Shown here in pieces: positions 55,868 to 64,000 of a stretch of 64,000 bases of DNA. The DNA lies in assembly GCA_964482235.1 (NCBI GenBank), contig CAYZWU010000010.1, forward strand, positions 74,392 through 138,391, written 5' to 3'. Source of the stretch: an uncultured Phycisphaerales bacterium (GTDB taxonomy: Bacteria > Planctomycetota > B15-G4 > CAYZWU01). The translations under genes and the position numbers were made by a program. Within the stretch, counting starts at the first letter, position 1. Each line of letters begins with the position of its first letter. The notes under the pieces are model-generated. The model saw only the letters and a list, made by a program, of their open reading frames with translations, was not told the DNA's origin and made no database searches.

Positions 55868-55968
55868 GGATACCGAGCCCGCGCAATCTCCGCCATATTC
55901 GCACGGCGCCGCATACGGATTGAGTACTTCTCCCCCGAATATGGCGGAGATTGCGCGGGCTCGGTATC
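55868..55968. repeat. palindromic repeat family B, copy 2 (perfect 33-bp inverted arms with a 34-nt loop)
   Basis: GGATACCGAGCCCGCGCAATCTCCGCCATATTCG and its exact reverse complement. Tandem ATACCG repeats precede it. Confidence 0.85.
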
Positions 55969-56018
55969 GCACTTATAATTCTCCTGTCATCACGCTCCAT
56001 TGCTCTGCGAGGTTTCAA

Positions 56019-56996
56019 TTGGACTCATGCCCTGATCTCAACGTGATACGCCAGGCGGCCCGGCGCATCGAGCCCCATGCCGTGCGAACGCCGGTCTTCA
56101 CCTGCTCGACTCTCGACCGCATGGCCGGCGCCGAGCTGTTCTTCAAGTGCGAGAACTTCCAGAAGGTGGGGGCCTTCAAGTTCCGCGGCGCCTGCAACAC
56201 CGTCTTCTCGCTGACGGACGAGGAGGCGCGCCGCGGCGTGCTCACCCATTCGTCGGGAAACCACGCGGCCGCCCTCTCGCTGGCCGCCGGCCTGCGCGGG
56301 ATCGACGCGCACATCGTGATGCCCGAAAGCGCGCCGGAAGTGAAGCGCACCGCCGTGGAGGGCTACGGCGGGAAGATCGTCTTCTGCAAGCCGACCCTCG
56401 AGGCGCGCGAGACAACGGCGCAGCGGCTTCTCGACGAGACCGGGGCGACTTTCGTGCACCCCTACAACGACTACCGGGTGATCGCCGGCCAGGCCACGGC
56501 GGCACTCGAGCTCCTCGAGGAGGTGCCGGATCTCGACCTCGTCCTCGCCCCCGTGGGCGGCGGGGGACTGCTGAGCGGCACTGCCCTGACTGTCTCCAGC
56601 CTGTCGCCGGCCACGCGCATCGTGGCTGCCGAGCCGGCAGGCGCCGACGACGCGTACCGCTCCCTGAAAGAAGGCCGGATCATTCCCTCGATCAACCCGA
56701 AGACCGTTGCCGACGGATTGCTCACATCCCTCGGGGACCGCACGTTCCCGATCATCAGGAAGCACGTGGACGGTATCGTCCTCGTGGAGGACAGGGAGAT
56801 CCTCTCGGCCATGCGCCACGTCTGGGAGCGGATGAAGATCATCATCGAGCCGTCGTCCGCCGTGCCGGTGGCGGCGCTTCTCGAGCACAAGGTGAGCGAT
56901 GCCGCGGGAAAGCGCGTGGGTGTGATCCTCTCCGGAGGCAACGTGGAGCTCGACCGCCTGCCCCTGGCTCCCCGCCGCAGCTGCGACGGCACGTAG
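56019..56996 (+). CDS. PLP-dependent threonine/serine dehydratase family protein
   Basis: The PLP lysine motif ENFQKVGAFKFRGA, the sequence HSSGNHAAAL, and a GGGG loop. The start is non-ATG: a TTG at 56019 or a GTG at 56043. The upstream ATG lies inside the repeat. Confidence 0.8.
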   Translation: MDSCPDLNVIRQAARRIEPHAVRTPVFTCSTLDRMAGAELFFKCENFQKVGAFKFRGACNTVFSLTDEEARRGVLTHSSGNHAAALSLAAGLRGIDAHIVMPESAPEVKRTAVEGYGGKIVFCKPTLEARETTAQRLLDETGATFVHPYNDYRVIAGQATAALELLEEVPDLDLVLAPVGGGGLLSGTALTVSSLSPATRIVAAEPAGADDAYRSLKEGRIIPSINPKTVADGLLTSLGDRTFPIIRKHVDGIVLVEDREILSAMRHVWERMKIIIEPSSAVPVAALLEHKVSDAAGKRVGVILSGGNVELDRLPLAPRRSCDGT

Positions 56997-57152
56997 CAGT
57001 GCTGATTGCATGCCGCTGTTTCACGGCGCGATGGGTTTTCGGTATAATCGCTTCCGTTCCAGAGGATCGATCGATTTGACCTCGATATGCAAAGCCAGTT
57101 CATTTTTCATGAACCAGTCGCACCATGTCCAAACCAGGAAGGAATAACCGGG

Positions 57153-59660
57153 ATGAAGCGAATCTCGACCGCTTTCCTCGCTTTCTTGTTTTTACCTCTA
57201 GGCTGTGGGAGTCTTGACGTGACACTGGAAAACAACGGGGAACTCTCGGTGATCTCGACGATGAAGAGCCTGCCCGCAACTTCTCCCAACAAGCATTATC
57301 CCTCGAACAGGGAGCCTCTCCTCGTGAGCCCTCTGGTGAAGCTTCCCATCGGCGCCATCACACCCCGCGGCTGGCTTCGCGGCCAGCTCGAGCTGATGGC
57401 CGACGGCATGACGGGGCGGCTGACGGAGATCAGCGAGTGGTGCCGGGCCGAGGGGAATGCCTGGATCAGCCCCGACGGGCAGGGCCACAGCCCCTGGGAG
57501 GAGCTCCCCTACTGGCTCAAGGGGTTCGGCGACCTCGGCTACGTGCTGAAGGACCAGAGGATCACCGCCGAAGCCCGCGTCTGGATCGAGGGGATCCTCT
57601 CGAGCCAGGAGGAGGACGGCTGGTTCGGCCCGCGCCGCAACAAGGAGCACCACGACATCTGGCCCAACATGGTGGCCCTCAACTGCCTCCAGTCCTTCCA
57701 CGAGGCCACGGGCGACGAGCGTGTCCTTCCCTTCATGACGCGGTACTTCCGCTGGCAGCTCGGCATCCCGCGCGAGTTTCTCCTCCCGGGAAGCTGGCAG
57801 AAGATCCGCGGCGGCGACAACCTGGAGAGCATCTACTGGCTCTACAACCGCACCGGCGAACCGTTCCTCCTCGATCTGGCCAGAGTGGTCCACGAGCGGA
57901 CGGTGGACTGGACCGGCGGGATCGCGAGCTGGCACGGGGTCAACATCTGCCAGGGCTTCCGCGAGCCGGGCGAGTATTACATCCAGTCGAAGAAGAAGAG
58001 CTTCCTCGACGCCGCCTACCGCAACTACGACACCGTGATCGATCTCTACGGCCAGCAGCCGGGCGGCATGTTCGGGGCGGACGAGAACTGCCGCCAGGGA
58101 TACTTCGGCCCGCGCCAGGCCGCGGAGACCTGCTCGATGGTGGAGTTCATGCACAGCTTCGAGATGCTCTTCAAGATCTGCGGCGATCCGCTCTGGGCCG
58201 ACCGGTGCGAGGAGGTGGCGTTCAACTCGCTGCCCGCGTCGATGACATCCGACCTCAAGGCGCTCCATTACCTCACCGCGCCGAACATGGTCCAGCTCGA
58301 CGGGGCGAACAAGAGCCCGGCGCTCCAGAACCGCGGCTGCATGCTGGCCTTCTCGCCGCACCGCTACCGCTGCTGCCAGCACAACGTGGCGCACGGCTGG
58401 CCGTACTACGCCGAAGAGCTCTGGCTCGCCACGGCGGACAACGGCCTCCTGGCTTCGCTCTACGCTCCCAGCACGGTCACTGCCCGCGTGGGCACCGATG
58501 CGACGGTGACGATCAAGGAGGACACGGACTATCCCTTTGACGAGAACATCAGGTTCACGATAGCGACGGAGGGAAAGGCGCGCTTCCCCCTCTACGTGCG
58601 GATTCCGCGCTGGTGCCGGGGCGCCGTCCTTTCAGTGAACGGAAAGGGGCTGGATGCCCGGCCCGACCCTCTCTCCTTCGTGCGGATCGACCGATACTGG
58701 AGCGACGGCGACCGCGTCGATCTCTGCCTGCCCATGACGATCGATCTGACGCGATGGGAGAAGTGCGGCGGCTGCATCTCGGTGAGCCGCGGCCCTCTCT
58801 CCTACTCGCTTCAGATCAACGAGCGGTGGGAGAAGTTCCTGGGTGACGAGGCGTGGCAGAAGCACGAGAGGGGCGACCGGAAGAGCTCGACCGACTGGCC
58901 GGCCTTCGAGGTCTATCCCACGACACCCTGGAACTACGGCCTCGTCCTCGACGAGGGCGATCCCGCCGCCTCCTTCGAGGTGGTGCTCAAGACAGGGCTT
59001 GTCGGCCCTCAGCCCTTTGTCGTCAACGGCTCGCCGGTGGAGCTCAGGGCAAGGGCTCGCCGGATCCCGAACTGGCGGATGAAGGACGGCCTCGCCGGTG
59101 CCATGCAGTCCGGGCCCGTCCGGTCGGAAGAACCCGAGGAGAAGGTAATCCTGATCCCCATGGGATGCGCCCGCCTCAGGATCTCGGCCTTTCCCGTGAT
59201 AGGCACGGGCAGCGACGCGCGCCAATGGACGAAGCGCAACGATCCCCTGGTGTCGCACTGCTTCGAGATGGACACGCCGCGGGCCCTCAACGACGGCATT
59301 GAACCCGCGTCGTCGGGCGACCGTCAGGTGCCGCGCATGACCTGGTGGGATCATAAGGGGACAGAGGAATGGGCCGCCTACGAGTTCGAGACGGCGCAAA
59401 AGGTCTCGTGGATCGAGATCTACTGGTTCGACGACACGGGGAGGGGGCACTGCCGGGTGCCGGCATCGTGGCGCCTCTACTGGCTGGGTCCTGACGGAAA
59501 GACGTGGCAGCCCGTGGCGGGAGACGGACCGTGCGAAGTCGAGCTTGACAGGTACAACCGCTTTTCCTTCGCGCCAGTCGAGGCAAAGGGACTCAAGATA
59601 GTGGTGCAGCTGAAGGAAGAGTTCAGCGGCGGGATCCTGGAATGGAAATACGGGGAGTGA
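57153..59660 (+). CDS. GH127 (DUF1680, beta-L-arabinofuranosidase-like) lipoprotein with a C-terminal F5/8 type C (discoidin) domain
   Basis: LPLGCGS lipobox. The zinc and Cys catalytic motifs AAETCSM and RYRCCQHNVAHGW. The C-terminus has WIEIYWFDDTG. Confidence 0.85.
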   Translation: MKRISTAFLAFLFLPLGCGSLDVTLENNGELSVISTMKSLPATSPNKHYPSNREPLLVSPLVKLPIGAITPRGWLRGQLELMADGMTGRLTEISEWCRAEGNAWISPDGQGHSPWEELPYWLKGFGDLGYVLKDQRITAEARVWIEGILSSQEEDGWFGPRRNKEHHDIWPNMVALNCLQSFHEATGDERVLPFMTRYFRWQLGIPREFLLPGSWQKIRGGDNLESIYWLYNRTGEPFLLDLARVVHERTVDWTGGIASWHGVNICQGFREPGEYYIQSKKKSFLDAAYRNYDTVIDLYGQQPGGMFGADENCRQGYFGPRQAAETCSMVEFMHSFEMLFKICGDPLWADRCEEVAFNSLPASMTSDLKALHYLTAPNMVQLDGANKSPALQNRGCMLAFSPHRYRCCQHNVAHGWPYYAEELWLATADNGLLASLYAPSTVTARVGTDATVTIKEDTDYPFDENIRFTIATEGKARFPLYVRIPRWCRGAVLSVNGKGLDARPDPLSFVRIDRYWSDGDRVDLCLPMTIDLTRWEKCGGCISVSRGPLSYSLQINERWEKFLGDEAWQKHERGDRKSSTDWPAFEVYPTTPWNYGLVLDEGDPAASFEVVLKTGLVGPQPFVVNGSPVELRARARRIPNWRMKDGLAGAMQSGPVRSEEPEEKVILIPMGCARLRISAFPVIGTGSDARQWTKRNDPLVSHCFEMDTPRALNDGIEPASSGDRQVPRMTWWDHKGTEEWAAYEFETAQKVSWIEIYWFDDTGRGHCRVPASWRLYWLGPDGKTWQPVAGDGPCEVELDRYNRFSFAPVEAKGLKIVVQLKEEFSGGILEWKYGE

Positions 59661-59725
59661 GGATGAAATCCTCTCTCAAGCCTTCTGACTATCATGCGGC
59701 CAGGTAGAACCGATACGGAGTAACC

Positions 59726-60265
59726 ATGAAACCGAAGCAGCACGAACTGGCGGACAGCCGAATCCTGGAGATCCGCGAGGCGAAGGAGGATGATGCGCGC
59801 GAGCTCCTCGATTTCGTGGAGGGCATCAGCGTCGAGTCCGAATACCTGGCCCTTGGCCCGGGCGACTTCGAGCTGACGGAGGATCAGGAGAGGGAGTTCA
59901 TCCGGAGCTCTCTCGATGCGGATAACTGCCTGTTTCTCGTCGGCACGATCGACGGGCGGATCGTGGGAACCCTGGGCTTCACCGGGGGGCGTCGGCCGCG
60001 TCTTCGCCACTGCGGCGAGTTCGGGGTGTCGGTGCGAAAGGCCTTCTGGGGACTGGGAGTCGGTTCGCGACTGCTCGACGCCTTCATCGCCTGGGCTCGG
60101 GGCAGCGGCGTGGTGAAGAAGATCAATCTTCGCGTGCGCACCGACAACCATCGCGCCATCGCCCTTTACGAGAAAAAAGGGTTCGAGCTCGAAGGCACGA
60201 TTCGCAAGGAGGTCCTGGTCGACGGCAAGTTCCACGATCATCACTGCATGGGGTTCGAGTGCTGA
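59726..60265 (+). CDS. GNAT family N-acetyltransferase
   Basis: Acetyl-CoA binding loop RKAFWGLGVGSRLLDA. Confidence 0.8.
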   Translation: MKPKQHELADSRILEIREAKEDDARELLDFVEGISVESEYLALGPGDFELTEDQEREFIRSSLDADNCLFLVGTIDGRIVGTLGFTGGRRPRLRHCGEFGVSVRKAFWGLGVGSRLLDAFIAWARGSGVVKKINLRVRTDNHRAIALYEKKGFELEGTIRKEVLVDGKFHDHHCMGFEC

Positions 60266-61407
60266 TAAAGAGCGGAAAGGAGAAGAGGGTGACGCTGCCT
60301 GGAGCATTCCGTTCCTGGCTCTTGCTGCTTGCTTTTCTTTTTCTCTTCCCGGCAGCGGCTCCGGCCCATGACAAGCCTTGCGATCCTCTGAAGGCGGCTG
60401 ACTATTCGCGGGCGGCTCAAGGGGACGACGATCCTCACGACTCCCAAAAGACCGTGGACCGAACCGAGGAAGCTCAGCCGAAGGACGTATCCTACGATCC
60501 TTTGAAGGTCGCCGGCCGGACCGAAGCGGAGCCCCTCGATCTCACGGTCGACGACACCGCCCGGAAGCGGGAGATCCCGATTCGCCTCTATCTTCCTGCC
60601 CGGGAAGATCGAGCTCCGATCGTGCTGTTCAGCCACGGTCTCGGCGGTTCACGGACGGGAAGCGCCTATCTCGGCCGGCACTGGGCGGCCCGCGGATACG
60701 CGGCAGTCTTTTTGCAGCATCCGGGAAGCGACACCTCGGTCTGGAAGGATCGGCCCCTGGCGAAACGGATGGCTGCCATGCGGTCGGCAGCCAGCGGCGC
60801 CAACTTCCTTCTGCGTGTGAAGGATGTTCCGGCCGTGCTCGACAAGCTCGATCAGTGGGACCGGAAAGAAGACCATCCCCTTGCCGGGCGGCTCGACTTC
60901 GAGCGCATCGGCATGTCGGGCCACTCCTTCGGCGCCGTGACCACCCAGGCGGTGAGTGGTCAGAAAAGTGCCGGTGGCTTTCTCTCCTTCATCGAGCCGA
61001 GGATCAAGGCGGCGCTGGCCTTCAGTCCGAGCAGCCCCCGCGGGGATCTGGATCCGAAGGACGCTTTCGGGTCGGTTAAGATCCCCTGGATGCTGATGAC
61101 GGGAACCAAGGACATCGCCCTGATCGGCCACGCGGACATGGAGTCGCGCCTTTCGGTCTTTCCCGCGCTGCAGCCGGGCGGCAAGTACGAGCTTGTGCTG
61201 CACAACGCCGAGCACTCGGCCTTCTCCGAACGCCCCCTGCCGGGCGACAAGGAGAAGCGGAATCCCAACCATCACCGCGCGATCCTGGCCCTGAGCACGG
61301 CCTTCTGGGACGCCTGGCTCTGCGGCGACGCGGCAGCCAGGGAGTGGCTCGACGGCGACGGTCCCGCCTCGATCCTGGAAAAGGAAGACCGCTGGCAGAA
61401 GAAGTGA
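60259..61407 (+). CDS. secreted alpha/beta hydrolase (PAF-acetylhydrolase-like)
   Basis: GTG start. Signal peptide. The nucleophile elbow is GMSGHSFGA. Confidence 0.75.
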   Translation: MLIKSGKEKRVTLPGAFRSWLLLLAFLFLFPAAAPAHDKPCDPLKAADYSRAAQGDDDPHDSQKTVDRTEEAQPKDVSYDPLKVAGRTEAEPLDLTVDDTARKREIPIRLYLPAREDRAPIVLFSHGLGGSRTGSAYLGRHWAARGYAAVFLQHPGSDTSVWKDRPLAKRMAAMRSAASGANFLLRVKDVPAVLDKLDQWDRKEDHPLAGRLDFERIGMSGHSFGAVTTQAVSGQKSAGGFLSFIEPRIKAALAFSPSSPRGDLDPKDAFGSVKIPWMLMTGTKDIALIGHADMESRLSVFPALQPGGKYELVLHNAEHSAFSERPLPGDKEKRNPNHHRAILALSTAFWDAWLCGDAAAREWLDGDGPASILEKEDRWQKK

Positions 61408-61410
61408 GGA

Positions 61411-61438
61411 GATACCGAGCCCGCGCAATCTCCGCCAT
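61411..61438. repeat. palindromic repeat family B, solo arm
   Basis: GATACCGAGCCCGCGCAATCTCCGCCAT with no partner arm. Confidence 0.8.
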
Positions 61439-61559
61439 CTTCGTGCCGGAAGCGACCTTCTCACTGTCCCGGCTCTCGAAATGTCCTTGACCTTGCGGTT
61501 CACCCCGAATGCCGCCGCGGACTCCTCGGACACAATGTCGAGACCGTGCTTTTTTCCTG

Positions 61560-61588
61560 TTGACATAATCCAGGGCTTTGATATTTTG
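61560..61588 (+). promoter_or_regulatory. candidate sigma-70 promoter (TTGACA, 16-nt spacer, TATTTT) for the S-box leader
   Basis: Seen in the sequence about 30 nt upstream of the riboswitch P1 helix. Confidence 0.4.
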
Positions 61589-61618
61589 CCCCTTCTGACA
61601 AAATGACGAATGAGTGAC

Positions 61619-63245
<1,627 letters not shown>

Positions 63246-63249
63246 AGCG

Positions 63250-64000
63250 ATGAGACGTGCGAAGAAACAACCCTGGGAAGCGCCGGACTCGGTGGGGATC
63301 GTCAAGACGCGGTTTTTGACGTTTGCCGAGCCGCCCGACACGTTCGTGTTCGAGAGCAGCGACCGCCTCGGTCCCGTCACCTTGGCGTACGAGACCTACG
63401 GCGAGCTCGATGAGACCCGGTCCAACGCCGTACTGATCACCCACGCCTTCACCGGCGATGCCCACGCGGCCGGCTGGCATTCGGTTCATGACAGGAAACC
63501 GGGCTGGTGGGACGGCGCGATCGGGCCGGGCAAGGCCTTTGACACCGATCGCTACTTCGTGATCTGCGCCAACGTGATCGGCGGCTGCTCCGGTTCGACG
63601 GGGCCGGAATCGATCGATCCCGAGAGGGGGCGGCCCTTCGGGATGCGTTTTCCCCCTGTCTCGATCCGCGACATGGTGGCGGCGCAGCGGCGCCTGATCG
63701 ATGCTCTCGGGATCGAGCGGCTGCTCGCCGTGGCAGGGGGAAGCATGGGCGGCATGCAGGCTCTGCAGTGGGCGGTCGATTTTCCCGAACGGATCGCGGC
63801 CTGCATCCCCATCGCCACGTGCGCGCGGGCGTCGGCCCAGATCATCGCCCTCAATGCCGTGGGGCGCCAGGCGATCTACGCCGATCCCTTCTGGAACGAG
63901 GGCGACTACTACGGTTCGACGGCGCCGGCCGCCGGACTGGCCGTGGCCCGCATGGTGGGGCACATCACCTACATGAGCGACGAGTCGATGCGGAACCGGT
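63250..64000 (+). CDS. metX: homoserine O-acetyltransferase (3' end truncated by the window)
   Basis: I translated it by hand: ..[14 protein letters not shown].. with the nucleophile elbow [12 protein letters not shown]. It is absent from the ORF track because no stop codon falls in the window. Confidence 0.85.
   Translation, partial: MRRAKKQPWEAPDSVGIVKTRFLTFAEPPDTFVFESSDRLGPVTLAYETYGELDETRSNAVLITHAFTGDAHAAGWHSVHDRKPGWWDGAIGPGKAFDTDRYFVICANVIGGCSGSTGPESIDPERGRPFGMRFPPVSIRDMVAAQRRLIDALGIERLLAVAGGSMGGMQALQWAVDFPERIAACIPIATCARASAQIIALNAVGRQAIYADPFWNEGDYYGSTAPAAGLAVARMVGHITYMSDESMRNR

Noticed and set aside
55941-56018. ATG at 55941 as the start of the threonine dehydratase gene.
   Set aside because: It lies inside the right arm of the palindromic repeat. 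A TTG at 56019 or a GTG at 56043, just before the conserved N-terminal region, is more plausible.
43168-61438. Possibility that the repeated 28-35 bp units form a CRISPR array.
   Set aside because: The copies are in inverted, not direct, orientation. They are tens of kb apart with gene-sized intervals. No cas genes are present.

Overview
This is a high-GC (about 62-65%) bacterial chromosomal segment. It carries four ECF sigma factor genes, a Tat-secreted arylsulfatase, a Ser/Thr kinase fused to an FGE-like domain, two GH172 paralogs, a GH127 enzyme, a protein with BNR/Asp-box repeats and many lipoproteins. That mix suggests a PVC-type or candidate-phylum glycan degrader; this is inference only. 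I call about 50 protein genes, one SAM-I riboswitch (S-box) leading a metY-metX operon, seven rho-independent terminators, and two families of MITE-like palindromic repeats. Family A is about 200 bp, present in two inverted copies that bracket the first 13 kb. Family B is an approximately 100-bp hairpin with 33-35 bp arms, present twice plus one solo arm. The six-frame track holds many long antisense ORFs that are typical high-GC artefacts, and I rejected them. The most unusual loci are: (1) an ECF sigma / anti-sigma pair followed by a secreted, His-rich, approximately 56-aa tandem helical-hairpin repeat protein with a PepSY-like C-terminus; (2) a low-GC islet with an AAA ATPase carrying a C-terminal winged-helix tail, a divergent membrane protein, and four 15-bp-phased TAGTATAATAC direct repeats between them, bounded by a family-B MITE; (3) a PurF-like amidophosphoribosyltransferase whose nucleophile Cys1 is Gly, behind a 330-nt leader; (4) an operon of a 1228-aa subtilase-like protein, an STK-FGE-like fusion that lacks one catalytic Cys, and a six-repeat secreted protein; (5) a truncated DtxR-type regulator with a palindromic operator ahead of secreted proteins that carry repeated DxNxDGD calcium loops. 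There is no CRISPR array, rRNA, tRNA, transposase or integrase in the window.
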